A DNA stretch of 64,000 nt from Eledone cirrhosa (GCA_964016885.1 OZ024743.1:78554001-78618000), one strand, 5' to 3'; numbered from the stretch's first letter, positions 40,941 through 55,383 are shown. Notes: generated by a model from the sequence alone, not told the origin. Made by a program: numbers and translations.

Positions 40941-43499
40941 TAAAACATAGTGAAATATTTGAAAATTCTCCTCAAGAAAGGCAAAAGTCTAACGGGCAAA
41001 AAAAATATATAAATAAAAGTAATGCAAGAGCTATATAAAAATTAAATAAGGAAATATAGTAAGGGTATGTGTATAAATGTGTGTATATGCAGCTACAAAT
41101 GTACATATGTGTGTATGTACAAATGCATGTGTATAGTGAAAAAATGTGTGCGTAAGTACATACATGAGGGCAAGCATATCAGTGTATGTGTGACCACAAA
41201 TACGTATATAATATATGTTGAAAAAAGAAATTGTAAGATAATAGAGTTAGCGTACATACAGACTCAGGGACTAAGGATTGAAATATATACACATACAAGG
41301 GTGAAAGCACGCGTATAAACATACACACGCACAACATACACACGCACAACCACATACATGTATGTGATATATACAGGGAAGGGAGTGAATCAGTCAAAGT
41401 TGTGTCAGACTGAAGATCGATTCAGATATAAAAATATAAAATATGGAAATGAAATAATATATAAGAATAAAAATTAAATCAAAGAGAAAGTAAGAGGGAG
41501 GGGTTATCAATTATAAAGTAACACTAGAAAAAATAAATAAAAAGTAGAAAACATATAGAGGTTCGTACGCACACATATATATATATATAAAAAAATATAT
41601 ATACGTACAGACAAAAACACATACATGCGTACATACATACAAAAGCACGCATACGCATATATATATACTTACATGTACATCTAAATCACACGCACGCACG
41701 CGACCATATATATATATAACCTGCCGTATGAATAAATGGGTACAAATTATACGCAAGTAAACATACATAAAAGCGGCTGAGGGACAACAGAATATATCTG
41801 GAGTTGAAAATACAAGTGACTTGTGATATCAGGTAGCGAAAGAAAAGGGGGAAGTAAAACATGTAAAATTGTGGAGATATAAAGTAAGTGAATCAAAAAG
41901 AAGGGGGCGGGGGGTCACTAGTGGATGTGAAGTAAAAATAAAGTTAAAAATAAAAAATAGAAGTAAATCAGAAAGAGAAGTCTGTAAAGAAGGTAAGTTA
42001 AGGCAAGTGAAGAACAAGAGTTTGTGGAGGATAAATATCTGAAAGTGAATTAAGTTTATATGAGCTGGAAAGCAAGTGTGATTTCATGTGTGGGCAACTG
42101 GTGAAAATTTCTGTTTTTGCATTTTGGCAGGTTTTTGGTGATTTAAGGTTCTGTAAAATCCAATATTTTTCGCTTATGCAGAATGCGCATCTTCTTGTTC
42201 CTCTTGCATATTCTTTAGATTGGTTCAAATTTGACCAATCTAATTTATATTGGATACCTTGGTCTTTCAAATCCCATATTCTGCTAGCCAGAGCTGTTGT
42301 AAATCTTTATTCAGGATGTCAGAAAGATGCGACATGTGAGTAATAACGTGTCCTACCCACATATCGTTCGCTGGTGGCTGGTAGGTTGTTGCTGGTGGTT
42401 GTCACTTTAGCCGCATATACAATGGATTTGGTGTTGCATTTACCTTGTAATGGGCATTCACTTTTGACTCTACAGGAGCAATTTTGATGTTCTCTGGGTA
42501 TTTTCTTATTGAGGATATAAGATTTAATAGGGGGATCGCAGAAGTAGCTGATTTTGACACAGTTTCTATTGAAGATCTTATAATATCTATGTGTTCTAGG
42601 TAAATGTTTATCTAAGAGCTCTAGGAATTTTGTGCCTACATTAGTTTTAACTGCTAAAGAGTAGGTGGGTGGGAACCAAATTATTTTTCATTTCCTATTA
42701 TTACGTTTAAAGGAGTTAGTATTGTTAGGTATGTACTTAATCGGTTCGCTAAATCCGCTATTTTGAAGGGCTTTATTATAGTAGGGGTATTCCTTATTGA
42801 AAATAGCTTCTGAGGAAGAGAGGGTGGAGATCCTACGGCTAATATTAGGGATAAGATTTTTAAAAACTATAGGAGGATGGCAAGAGCCTTTATTTATATA
42901 TTTTAAATTTTCATTAGATTTATGGTACGGTTTATAAGAAGCAGTAGGCAGATCTAAGTTTATATCTAGAAAATTAACATTAGAAAAGTTAGTGTCAATG
43001 GTAATTTTAAGATTAAAACTAACGAAGGTTTTTATTAAGTTTTTCCTGAATCTATCTAAGTTATGGCCTATAGTGGTATGGGAAAGTATTAGACCATCGT
43101 CACGATAAAGCCCTAAGGTATGGTTAGGGAATTTCTCTTTAAATGTGTGTAGGAGGAATAGGCCGACTAAATCACACACGTCAGCACTGTCAAAAGAACC
43201 CATTGAGACATCGAATGGGTTCTCTGGGTTAGATTTTACTTTCCCTTTTTCTTTCACTACCTGATAGCACAGGTCACTTGTGTTTTCAACTCCAGATATA
43301 TTCTGTTGTCCCTCAGCCGCTTTTATGTATGTTTACTTGCGTATAATTTGTACCCATTTATTCATTCGGCTGGTTTTTATATATGTATGCGTGTAAGTGT
43401 GCATTTATGTGTATACGTGTTTGTATATGTATACGAATGCATTTGTATGTGCGCGTGTATGTGTATATGTGTGTGTTTTATATCTATGTTTTTTACATA

Positions 43500-43546
<47 letters not shown>

Positions 43547-43676
43547 ATATGGTCGCGTGCGTGCGTGTGATTAGATGTACATGTATGTATATATATGTGT
43601 ATCGTGTGTAGGTACGCGTGCTTTTGTATGTATGTGTTTTTGTCTGTAGGTATATATATATATTTATATATATATG

Positions 43677-43772
<96 letters not shown>

Positions 43773-45053
43773 TATATAAATATAAATATACATATATATA
43801 TATATATACACTTTACAAATGCTGTTTTCGACGGACCAACTCCTAAACAAGAAAGATGAACTGGTTACTGCATGTAAACATAGATTGCGTAGGACTTACC
43901 TCGCCCTCAAACCCCATAATGACCCGGGGGGGGGGGGGGGGTAGACTAGGGCTATAACACCCCAGTTGCCGATTTTGCAATGGGTAACCCCTGCTTGCCA
44001 AGGAAGACGTAAGATCTTCTTTGTATTCTTTTATCGCTTCCTTTATTTCCTTCCCCCCTCTCTCCTTTGTCCTTCTACCCCAGCTCTTCTCCTTTGTCGG
44101 CGTCTTTTCTCGCCCACCCGAGGCTGCCCTTTGGCCCCATGTAGCCTTAGTACCCCCCCCCCTCCCCTAGTCTTTGATAGATTTGGCGGACTCCGCCCTT
44201 TATAGCAGTTGGCTTAGACCCCGGATACTTTCCCCCTTTTTCCGACCGCTCCCACTATTCTCTGTGCCCTCTATATTTCTTAGTGGCACTTAGGCCTTAT
44301 TTTTTCGTTTCAGTATTTCTTGCTTCGCTTTTCTTCTGGGCGGGGTGGATTCTGAATTTATTTCTCCGTATTCTACCTTTATTTCGTACGAACTTTCATG
44401 TAGCTTGTTTTAGATCTTTTAGAGTTAGCATTAGTATATATTTTTCCCGGGACTCAGAATTATTATCTCGTACAAGTTCACTTTGCTGCACTGGGTCGTT
44501 GCTGGCCCGGGATGGAAACCTTTATTGTTTATTTCGTGGTAGTCTCTTTAGTATTTTGGCCCCTTTTGTTGACCCGTCACCGTATCATTTACGTACTTAT
44601 ACCTCTTAAAAGGGTCCTTGCCTTATCCGTCCCACCTAGTTCTCTTACTTATTTCCTTATTTATTTATTTATTTATTTATTTACTTCTTTCTTTCTTTAT
44701 TTATTTTATTCTCGCCTAACAATAGCCTGACACCTAGGTCGTTGAATTTAATTTACTTTACTTTTTCTTTTTCTTTACACTTATTTGCTTTTCTTCACTC
44801 TCAGTACTTTTTCTTTCCTATTTCTACCCCCCATTGTTCTACCTACCGTTCCGACTTCCTCCCCCTCCCCCTCCCCTGTATCTTCTTTGACCTCATGCCC
44901 AGCTGTAGCTGGCACTACCAACGCTTGATTGGGTCTACTCCACCCCCTCCCCTCTTTCTCCTACTGGCAGGTTTAGCCACCATCTCCCCTACTAATTTGC
45001 AACCACAGAATTACTACTGATTTTTGACAATCACTTTGACCATATATGGAATT

Positions 45054-45147
45054 ACCCCTTGAGAAGATCGGCTATTTAAATACCAGGATAAATTTTCATT
45101 TAGTCCAGAATTAGCCGTCGAAACGGCTTGAGCTCAGCTGTCGGGGT
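45054..45147 (+). ncRNA. Hammerhead with compensatory U3:A8 core
   Basis: ACCCC-TTGAGAA-GATCGGCTA...TAGCCGTC-GAAA-CGGCT TGAGCTC AGCTG-TC-GGGGT. Confidence 0.75.
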
Positions 45148-45238
45148 CTTACTGGTTCCTATTACCCACTCTACTACCTCAAGTATTGAGTACTTTGGTG
45201 CGTTATGGTCCACCTGGTTCCTTACCACATTTCCTTCG

Positions 45239-45281
<43 letters not shown>

Positions 45282-45880
45282 TACGAGCCTCTGTATGTTT
45301 TCTACTTTTTATTTATTTTTTCTAGTGTTACTTTATAATTGATAACCCCTCCCTCTTACTTTCTCTTTGATTTAATTTTTATTCTTATATATTATTTCAT
45401 TTCCATATTTTATATTTTTATATCTGTACCGACCTTCAATGTGACACTGCTTTGACTGATTCACTCCCTTCCCTGTATATATCACATACATGTATGTGGT
45501 TGTGCGTGTGTGTATGTTTATACGCGTGCTTTCATCCTTGTATGTGTATATATTTCAATCCTTAGTCCCTGAGTCTGTATGTACGCTAACTCTATTATCT
45601 TACAATTTCTTTTTTCAACATATATTATATACGTATTTGTGGTCACACATATACTGATATGCTTGCCCTCATGTATGTACTTACGCACACATTTTTTCAC
45701 TATACACATGCATTTGTACATGCACACATATGTACATTTGTAGCTGCATATACACACATTTATACACATACCCTTACTATAGTTCCATATTTTATTTTTA
45801 TATATCTCTTGCATTACTTTTATTTATATATATTTTTTGCCCTTCTTCAGGAGATTTTTCAAATATTTCACTATATTTTA

Positions 45881-45958
45881 AATTGCCTTGTCTGACGAAC
45901 GAATGAGGACGTTTCTTGTATTCGTCTTATTCAGGAAACCTCTGGTAATGAGGTAATT
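45881..45958 (+). ncRNA. Type I hammerhead (inverted copy of 40863-40940)
   Basis: Same fold with one substitution in stem II. Confidence 0.82.
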
Positions 45959-46056
45959 ATATTGTATTGTTTATTATACATTAAATTTAGCTCTGTAACT
46001 TACATAGAGCACTCTTCACTCCTATGACTTTTTCAATTTTCAACGGAAACTCAATA

Positions 46057-46136
<80 letters not shown>

Positions 46137-46144
46137 CATATCAA

Positions 46145-46182
<38 letters not shown>

Positions 46183-49100
46183 CTAGCAGTTTATATATAA
46201 ACTATTTTCCAGACGGCATAGCTCCAACATCTCTAACACCTGCACCAACATCTATAGCACCTCTTTGTAGACGATATTGCGTGTCATCCCTTGAAGATTG
46301 TAAGCAAAAGTCCATTCCTGCTCCCTACGCAGGAACAGGCAACATAAAGTTGGCCATGTGAGAAGCATGACTTCCCCCCAAATGGATGCCCTCCACCGAC
46401 AATGTTTGCCCTTGTGACTTGTTAATGGACATGGCAAAACATGGTCTCACCGGAGATCGCCGGAAATCGAACAGGATATCTGACGCCGAGGGGAAAAGGT
46501 TCATCCTTGGAATGAAAACATTCTCCCCTCTCCCGCACCCTGTTACAATGGTGGCCTCAATCAAGTGGGGCGTCAGTGACATGACAACCATGCGAGTACC
46601 GTTGTACTGCTTTGGTGGACGCAACTTCCTTATTAGCATAAGGGGACAGCCAACCCTAAGCTTAAGAATGTGAGGTGGGAGCTCTGGGGGCTCAAGGGAG
46701 TTTAATAACTCAACCGGATAATTAACGATATCGTCCGGGTCTGACGTCCTGTCGATAGATTTGAAGATGTGCTCTTTACCGGGAATCTTCTCAATCAGCT
46801 GCTCGTTAATAAAATTAACCATGTCATTTTTCGGAGCAAGGATGGCTCTTTCGCTGAGCCAATCGAGGTTTTTAAATTTAGATGAGACATTAGGAAAAAC
46901 TGCTTCCCAAAGGGCTGCCCACAATGTTGCACAGGGAGCTGATTGCTATGCCGCCCTTGTCATCCGCAGGGACTTTTCCCTCACCAAGTGCTAAATTGTT
47001 CTGAGCAAATGCTGCAGACATGTTGTCACCATGCAAATGAGCACGCATATTTGTGCTCAGGTACAAACTCTTCACCTGGGGCCACAGCGTGGACGACTTA
47101 AGGTAGGCACGCACTTCATCAGCTCTTGTCCCTTTGGGGATGACAGGCAGCGTTTTCCGAAAATCCCCTGATAGCAGAAGGGTTACGCCATCCATAGGAG
47201 CTGTAGAATCCCTAATGTCTTTCAGGGTCATGTCCAATGCCTCAAGGGCACCCTTGTGTGCCATTGTGCACTCATCCCAAACAATGAGGCAACATTTTTT
47301 GAGAACGAGAGCTTCGTGTCAGCTCTTGCTGATATTGCATGTTGGTGTCTCAGTTTTTACTAAATGCAATGGGTGTTTAAAGGTTGAATGTGCTGTCCTG
47401 CCTCCCGGCAGCAAAATAGCGGCGATCCCGGACGATGCAGCGGCCAACGCAATTTTTTTCTCCTGACGAATCTTAGCCAGAATCAATTTCGTTACAAACA
47501 TTTTTCCGGTAGCCCCAGGAGCATCGAGAAAGTAAACACCCCCAGTCTGATTTTGAACCGCGTCAATGATAGTTAAATAGGCCAACTTTTGGTCCGACAG
47601 AAGTCTGGGCTCATTTTCCTCTAAGTATTGGGAAAGAGATTCGATATCATATGCTGTTTCCCGCAATATATCCGGGGCCAACGTCTTAGCTTCCTCTCTG
47701 ACGGTTGACGGCAAGCCATACGTCGCCAACTCACTCCCACCCATGTCGAGGAGGGCGTCTTCGATATCAATGAATGCCCTGTTATAGATAATGTCGTTGC
47801 AACCAACTTCCACTGAAGGATACTGCAGATGAGCCAGGCGCAGGAAGTCCTCAGGCATGAAGTCTCTGTACTTGACCCATAAAGATTTGGGATCACCCAA
47901 TTCACACTTTTGAAGCAAAATGGCTAAGAGCTCCCGTAGACTTTTAGGTGATTTCAACAAAGCACCCTCTGCTAAAGTGGAATCCCATTGCGAATCATCT
48001 TCTAAAAGACCACGCTTAAAGCAGGCTTCCCGGTACGTATCACATATTTCTCCATCAACAGTTTTGAGGTCCTGAAAACTTTGTGGGCCTACATCTTCAT
48101 GCAGAAGAAGGCGGAGATGAAAGCGCTCATCATGACTTGGGGCCACAGTGTAAACCCTTCGAAGACAGCTGTCAAATTTTACACCAGGATGTCTTTCAAC
48201 AGCCTGACCAGAATTTCTTCGCACCCAAGTGTTTTTCGACCATATAAAGTAGGATGGAACCTGGGGGTACACAATTGCGCAAATGTATCGAACTGGCAAA
48301 GTTTGAAGAAACCCGTCAGAGTGGTCTCTTTCGGATCGGCGGCCAACTTGGTGGCCGTTTAGTCCGTAAAGTAAACCTTTTGCCCATTTTCCAAATGTAC
48401 CGCAAGCTGTAAGATGGCGGGGTGCCGTTGGTGTAGGGGTAAACCAAATAGGCGCCAAAAAGCTTCATTGCTACTGATGTACCGCCCCGCCAGGTATTCT
48501 GTGACCTCGTCCCTGCTATTTTCAGCTTGAAATGCAAGCATTGCGGCATCAGAGCCCTTATTTACATATTTGCATATGTATTTTATCGACTTGACGGAGT
48601 TGCAAAACTCAACGTTGATGTGGGCGTTGAACATCTTCAAGAGAAGCGGACAGTAAGGGACCACCCATCTATTGTCGACTTGACCTCCCATTACTGTTGT
48701 GGTGAAGCCACCGTTCGAGGGCTGTCTCCGCCTGTACAGGGGGTACCAGTCGCCACCAGCCTGAGTCTGGTCAACAAATTTTTTGGAGTATCGCTTACTG
48801 CACGACCCCCCCCCCCCTTTGAGACACGTGTGATGCTCATTAGAACCCGACGTACACAGACCATGTTAGCTTTGACGATATCATATAATTCCTGGTCAGT
48901 TGCTGGGTTAAGGATTTCAGCCGAAATGAAGCTGTCTATGGCATTTGAATTGATTTTATCAGCTAACCAAATCAAAATGTGAACATGTGGCAGCCCTCGT
49001 TTTTGCCATTCGACGGTGAACATGTCACATTTTACAGCCCCAAATACCTGACCCTTTTTGATTAAAGCCATGAGTTTAGCCAGTTTCAGTTTGAATACTC

Positions 49101-49514
49101 TGGCAATGAGGTCATGTCTGTTCGAATAATTTTACCCAGGAAAAAGTTCACGGGTTACATTCCGATTCATATGTCTATAGCATTAATATGTTAGATGAAG
49201 TGTTATTTTGCGGGTTGTTATTTGCAAAAAGCCGATTAAAAATGCCCCAGACAAGCCGTATGTCAATACGGAACGCTCCACTGCAGTGTTGTCATATAGG
49301 GAGCGAAGAGCGACAGAGAGAGTAAAGCAGTTAAATTATAGAGAGGGGGAATGATAATGGTCGATTTTTGCCCTTATTGTTAATGGATTTGAAATTTATT
49401 TGCTTCATCACCTTTTCCTGACCAAAAGTAATAATTGTCCCGACTTTGAATAGAATCCGTTGGAAATTGTGGACGTGAATCCGTTACAAACCTTAACACA
49501 CACATCCTCAGATT

Positions 49515-49525
<11 letters not shown>
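46183..49525 (-). mobile_element. Helitron with frameshifted RepHel and both termini
   Basis: Rep VEWQKRGLPHVHIL, KYICKYVNKG; Pif1 helicase DAPGATGK, ASSGIAA..GGRTAHS, FAMSINKSQGQT; 3' CTAG|T at 46183 preceded by palindrome AGTTTATATATAAACT; 5' end ...TATATAAATCTGAGG merging into (TA)n. Confidence 0.92.
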
Positions 49526-49552
<27 letters not shown>

Positions 49553-49556
49553 TATA

Positions 49557-49766
<210 letters not shown>

Positions 49767-50013
49767 GTGTGTGTATGTGTGTATGTGTGTCTGTGTGCGA
49801 GTGTTTGTGTGTGTATGTATGTATGTGTGGGGGTGCATGTAAGTATGTATATGTGTGTGTGTGTGGGGGGGGGTCCATGTAAGAATATATATATATATGT
49901 GTGTGTGTGGGGTGCATGTAAGTATATATATGTGTGTGGTCCACGTAAGTATGTATATGTGTGTGAGTGTGTATGAATATATTTTATATAAATGTATTTG
50001 AATAACACCGCAG

Positions 50014-50169
50014 GGAGATTCTGGTGGCCCTCTCCAGTGCATCAGGAACGGCCAATGGCATGTCGTTGGAGTGGTATCCTATGGTTTTGAGTGTGGAAAA
50101 TATCCTGGAGTTTACACAAAGGTCACCTACTTCCTCGACTGGATTCAGGACAAAATAAAACAAAACTAA
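50014..50169 (+). CDS. S1A serine protease, exon 7 (catalytic Ser, stop)
   Basis: cag|GGA GAT TCT GGT GGC CCT: [51 protein letters not shown]. The seven exons sum to 1404 nt (467 aa + stop) with all phases consistent. Confidence 0.96.
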   Translation, partial: GDSGGPLQCIRNGQWHVVGVVSYGFECGKYPGVYTKVTYFLDWIQDKIKQN

Positions 50170-50219
50170 AACCGAAAATCTGAGTTGTTTTTATTTTCTA
50201 TCTATTGCAGCTGACACAA

Positions 50220-50605
50220 TAATAATTGTTTCTACTTTTGGCACAAGGCCAGTAATAACCCAGTACATTACTGGTACTTTATTTTATCAACCCCATAAGG
50301 ATGAAAGGCAAAGTAAACCTCGACGGGATTTGAACTCAGAATGGCAAGAGCCGTAACTCAATGCGTCAAAACATGGCATCCGACCCCCTACCGATTCGGC
50401 AAATCCACAGAAGTAATAAATGTTTCTACTTTTGGCACAAGGCCAGCAATTACCCCAGTACATTACTGGTACTTTATTTTATCGACCCCGTAAGGATGAA
50501 AGGCAAAGTTAACCTCGACGGGATTTGAACTCAGACCACAAAGGGCCGTAACTCTTTGCTATAAAGCATGTCGTCCGACCCTCTACCGATACTGCCAATT
50601 CACCA
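50220..50605 (-). mobile_element. Two tandem SINE copies just downstream of the protease stop
   Basis: Reverse complements of the SINE consensus at ~50220-50410 and ~50415-50605. Confidence 0.88.
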
Positions 50606-50891
50606 TCTATCTATATATCTAAATCGTGCTAAAGTATTTCGCTACTCCGAGAGCTGATGAGGAGGAATATATCTGTCTTGGATATCGCCTTTCTTTATTT
50701 CCTTCTTCCGGTTACTTCTGTGCGCCATCGCACTTCTCCTTTTCTATATCGCACTTCTCTTTTCTATATTTCATCTGCCTGTCACACACACACGCGCGCG
50801 CGAGCATACGCACACGCACACATACGCACACGCACACATACACACACACACACGCGCGCGCACACGCATGCACACACACACACACCACAAC

Positions 50892-50972
50892 AGAAGTCCG
50901 ACGAGCTTTTGATTCCAGAGATGGGCTAGATCGAACCTTGAGCTGATCAATTGCGAAACGAACGTCACTACT
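50892..50972 (+). ncRNA. Hammerhead motif with CCGACGA (U4C) core
   Basis: AGAAGT-CCGACGA-GC..TTGAT...ATCAA..GC-GAAA-CGAACG-TC-ACTACT; related to 6584-6668. Confidence 0.6.
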
Positions 50973-51162
50973 CAATAAACGTAATGAAGACTGATAAAAT
51001 AAAGTAGCAGTAATACATTGGAATAATTGCTGGCATTGTGCCAAGAGTAGAAACAATTATTATTATTATTACACTCTGCTTAGCACTACATCTCTATACT
51101 TACTGGAAACTGCGCAACGAGTGCTCAGGTGAACCTACCGTAACTGGACGTTACAATCCCTA

Positions 51163-51203
51163 CGTGGTTGAAGATCCGCTAAGGTGAAACAATTGTTCTC
51201 GCT
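51163..51203 (+). ncRNA. Degenerate minimal hammerhead-like motif
   Basis: TTGAAGA-TCC GCTAA GGT-GAAA-CAATTG-TT; uncompensated C3U and weak stem I. Confidence 0.35.
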
Positions 51204-51609
51204 ATGGTGAACTAACTGTTGTGTAACCACTTCTATATATATATATATATATATATTATTCAGTTGATGAAGATTGGTTGATAAAAAATCTGCCAACGTT
51301 TCCGTAAACAGACGTGATAATATGAAACTCTTTACCCCCATTCCCTCTCCTCTCTACTATCACACTAACTGACTGCATTTCATTCTATTTTAAACTTATT
51401 TACATTTTCTTAAACGAAAATCCCACTAGTGAATTCTACCACGTAGTGAATAGTTGAATTCCACTACTATAGGCTATTTGGTGAAGTGTAATAAATAATT
51501 AAGTATTGCATATGGTTAAACAATATATATTGTAGTCAGCATATGTAGACAATTTACAATAGATTTGTTAAAGCACGGCGACTTTTTATTTTTCTTGGTG
51601 CAATACTTG

Positions 51610-51648
<39 letters not shown>

Positions 51649-51778
51649 ATAATAATAAATTTGAAGACTAAAATCCAAAGAGGGCTCGATAAGGATAAAT
51701 ATATATCAAATATATAAGATCCCGTTAAGGGTGAAAGCAGCGATTCTGTGCTTAAACTTTAATCTGTTATTTTAATAA

Positions 51779-51834
<56 letters not shown>

Positions 51835-51880
51835 GATATTAAGCAAATGGAAACTATATTTATATTTATAAAACCATATT

Positions 51881-51946
51881 TATTTCGTTATATATATTTC
51901 TGGGATATCATATTAAAAATATGTTATGCCTTCCTCAGACAAAATA
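51881..51946 (-). ncRNA. Type I hammerhead ribozyme motif
   Basis: TATTTTGT-CTGAGGA-AGG..CATATT TTT AATATG..CCA-GAAA-TATATA-TA-ACGAAATA. Confidence 0.8.
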
Positions 51947-54900
51947 CAATACATAAGCTGTTTTATAAATAATTGGTGACATACCTTGTGATAATGCAAC
52001 TTCCTTTTAAAAAGTTGATTTGGTAGTGAAACTGTTATGATAGTTATATAGAAAGAAAACGAAGATGAGAAGAAGAAGATGAAGAGATGTATGCAAAAAA
52101 AAAAAAAAAAAAAAAAAAAAAAGAAGATGAAGAGATGTATGCAAAGAAAAACAACGGAGCGAGATAGAGAGACAAGGAGAGAGAGAAATACATTGATGGT
52201 GAAAAAACATAGTAGGCTGCTTTTTGACAGATGATCATCGTATATGTGAGAGGTTAAGGGAAGGGATACAGTTAAATTAGTGTATAGGAGAAAAAGAAAG
52301 AAAGATGATATATTTAAAATATATTAAAAATATATTATGTCTCATCCATTTGAATTATCAATTTTTATGAATTAGGTATTATAATGTAAATATCAGTATT
52401 CATGAATGAGACACATATCCATAATGTGTGAAAAAAATGACCACATGCTCAGTTAAAAATTCTTAGGTCTATAAGCAAAATCTGAGATAAAACTTCAAAC
52501 ATAAGAATATATGCATTCTCGTGAAAAAAGAGAAAAGAGAAGGTTATCTCAAATTCAAGTTGATAAATATAGATGCACATGTGAACCTACGTGATACGCT
52601 GCACTGATTCTTATATTTCATGAAAAACTTCAATGCGTTAGAAAAGATTCCACCCTACATACATTTACATACAAATATACATATATATAGACACAAAACA
52701 TATAAGATATACATTAACATCTAAAATAACATTCCAGCCTCACTTGCATGATCATCGATCAAGCATAGAGTAGACAACAGATATCAATATTAAAATTAAA
52801 AACGCCAAGAATATCTTCGTCACTCCACAGAGTATCTAGGGACGCAAGAGAACATAGTATGCCACGCATATCGGTCATAGAATCAGAGTCAAAAGCAAAC
52901 AAAACCAAAATTGTTCATCAAGCCTTATTTAGCAGAAATCATTCAAAACTTATTCTACAAATGCTCTTATATTTATTATAGAAGTTTATCCAGCTTAAAA
53001 ATTTATTCAAAAGATTGGGGACAACGCCAATTATAGGGTAGTTTATTTAATCTCATTAATTATATATTCATGCAGAAAGGTTTTAAAAAAAAATTTAAGG
53101 AATCGAAAGATTTATCGCCAAGTATCACAAATAGTCAAATACCTTAAGTAAATATACTACATTTTATATTACATTTTAAATTTATATTTATATTTAAATG
53201 TTGAGTTCAATCTATGTCTGCAACAGCTGAATAAATTGGTTCGTAAATTAAGGGAATTTTTAGATTTTAATATAAAGAATATCTCCTCCGCGCAGAGGTC
53301 ACAAGTCTCAGAAGAGGAATTAAAAGGAATCCCTTTTGAGACTATATTCCAAACCATCGAATATCCAACTTTATCATGCTTAAGTTGCCAGAGTAACCCT
53401 GACAGCGATGTTGATGATTTTTTATTTGGATCCGTGAAAGAGTTTTTGTGATTATTATAGCGAAGTTTAAATTCTGTCGAGGTGGAACCAACATAATTAA
53501 AAGAATTTAAATCAGTTCTAACATTACAGTTGTATATTATATTTTTAACTAAGCAATTGTTATTTAGCGGACATTTAGATCTATCTCTACAGTTACAGTT
53601 TTTTAGTTGAATATTGTTTAGGCTATTTTCGGTATTTTGGCTAGGTTTTAGATTCCTATTATTTATTCTATTAATATTTTGTGCTAAATTTTTGGTGGAC
53701 GAGTACGTTAATTTTATAGTATGTCTATTAAAAATTGAGTGATACTTATGTGTTCTAGGGAAGCGTTTGTCAAGAGCATTAAAAAATAGTTTAACGATGT
53801 GGGTTTTAATGCTTAGTGAGAAGGGGGGGGGGGCAAACCATATTATATTTCTAGTTCTATTTCTTTTCTGGTTTTTGAAATTATTGTAGTGCTTTCTATT
53901 ATAGTTGTTAAAGTTGTTACTGTAATTAAAATTGTTGTTATTTTGGTTAGTTTGTCTATTATCGATGTACATAATTTATCACTATATCCTGCTCTAGCTA
54001 AAGCTTCATTATAATACTGGGCTTTTTCGTCAAAAATATTTTTATTGGAAGAGATTCTAGAGATACGTTTTTGAACAGAGTTCACTATAGTATTTTTGAC
54101 AGATCTGGGGTGATTGGAGCTAAAATTGACATAATTCAAGTTTTCATTTAACTTGTGAAATGGATAGTGAAGACATGTGTTGAGATTAAATGTTACGTCT
54201 AGGAAATTGACTATTCTATGGTTATTCTCAATTTCTATTTTTAGATTAAGGTAATTAAAAAATTGTATAATTTGTTTTCTTTTCTTATTTAGTTCAGAGT
54301 TATTATTTTCAATAAGTAAAAGCATGTCATCTCTATATAAACCTCCGGTAACACCGGGTATTTTCCTATGCAGCGAATTATATATGTATATTTGTATGTA
54401 AATGTATATGTATATTTGTATGTAAATGTATGTAGGGTGGAATCTTTTCTAACGCATTGAAGTTTTTCATGAAATATAAGAATCAGTGCAGCGTATCACG
54501 TAGGTTCACATGTGCGTCTATATTTATCAACTTGAATTTGAGATAACCTTCTCTTTTCTCTTTTTTCACGAGAATGCATATATACTTATGTTTGAAGTTT
54601 TATCTCAGATTTTGCTTATAGACCTAAGAATTTTTAACTGAGCATGTGGTCATTTTTTTCACACATTATGGATATGTGTCTCATTCATGAATACTGATAT
54701 TTACATTATAATACCTAATTCATAAAAATTGATAATTCAAATGGATGAGACATAATATATTTTTAATATATTTTAAATATATCATCTTTCTTTCTTTTTC
54801 TCCTATACACTAATTTAACTGTATCCCTTCCCTTAACCTCTCACATATACGATGATCATCTGTCAAAAAGCAGCCTACTATGTTTTTTCACCATCAATGT

Positions 54901-55142
54901 ATTTCTCTCTCTCCTTGTCTCTCTATCTCGCTCCGTTGTTTTTCTTTGCATACATCTCTTCATCTTCTTTTTTTATTTCTTTTTTTATTTATTTGCATAC
55001 ATCTCTTCATCTTCTTCTTCTCATCTTCGTTTTCTTTCTATATAACTATCATAACAGTTTCACTACCAAATCAACTTTTTAAAAGGAAGTTGCATTATCA
55101 CAAGGTATGTCACCAATTATTTATAAAACAGCTTATGTATTG

Positions 55143-55208
55143 TATTTTGTCTGAGGAAGGCATAACATATTTTTAATATGATATCCCAGAAATATATATA
55201 ACGAAATA
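55143..55208 (+). ncRNA. Type I hammerhead (inverted copy of 51881-51946)
   Basis: Same sequence on the opposite strand. Confidence 0.8.
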
Positions 55209-55342
55209 AATATGGTTTTATAAATATAAATATAGTTTCCATTTGCTTAATATCGTAAACCTACTCCAGAAACTGTTGAGTGCTTTTATATCAGTTATAA
55301 AATATTTACTCGTTGTAACCCAACAATCTTAAATATAACTTT

Positions 55343-55383
<41 letters not shown>

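Larger units (their letters stand above)
40838..46060 (-). mobile_element. Naiad-type Penelope-like element (40838-43262) with inverted copy of its 3' region (43270-43600 + 45280-46060)
   Basis: ORF 42688-43257 (FDVSMGSFDSADVCDLVG, LYRDDGL), CSCRVKSECPLQGKC, ORF 41998; identical mirrored peptides 41067(+)/45518(-). Confidence 0.92.
51833..55350 (-). mobile_element. Naiad-type Penelope-like element (51833-54378) with ~850 bp inverted copy of its 3' region (54410-55257)
   Basis: LYRDD at ~54330, ORFs 53843 and 53169 (CNCRDRSKCPLNNNC, NIIYNC, YVGSTSTEFKLRYNNH, CDLC); mirrored peptides 52044(-)/54852(+). Confidence 0.92.

Noticed and set aside
53169-53972. Selenocysteine recoding in Naiad-type PLEs
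   Set aside because: Conserved linker cysteines here and at ~29030-29090 and ~42440-42480 are TGT/TGC; no in-frame TGA at those positions.
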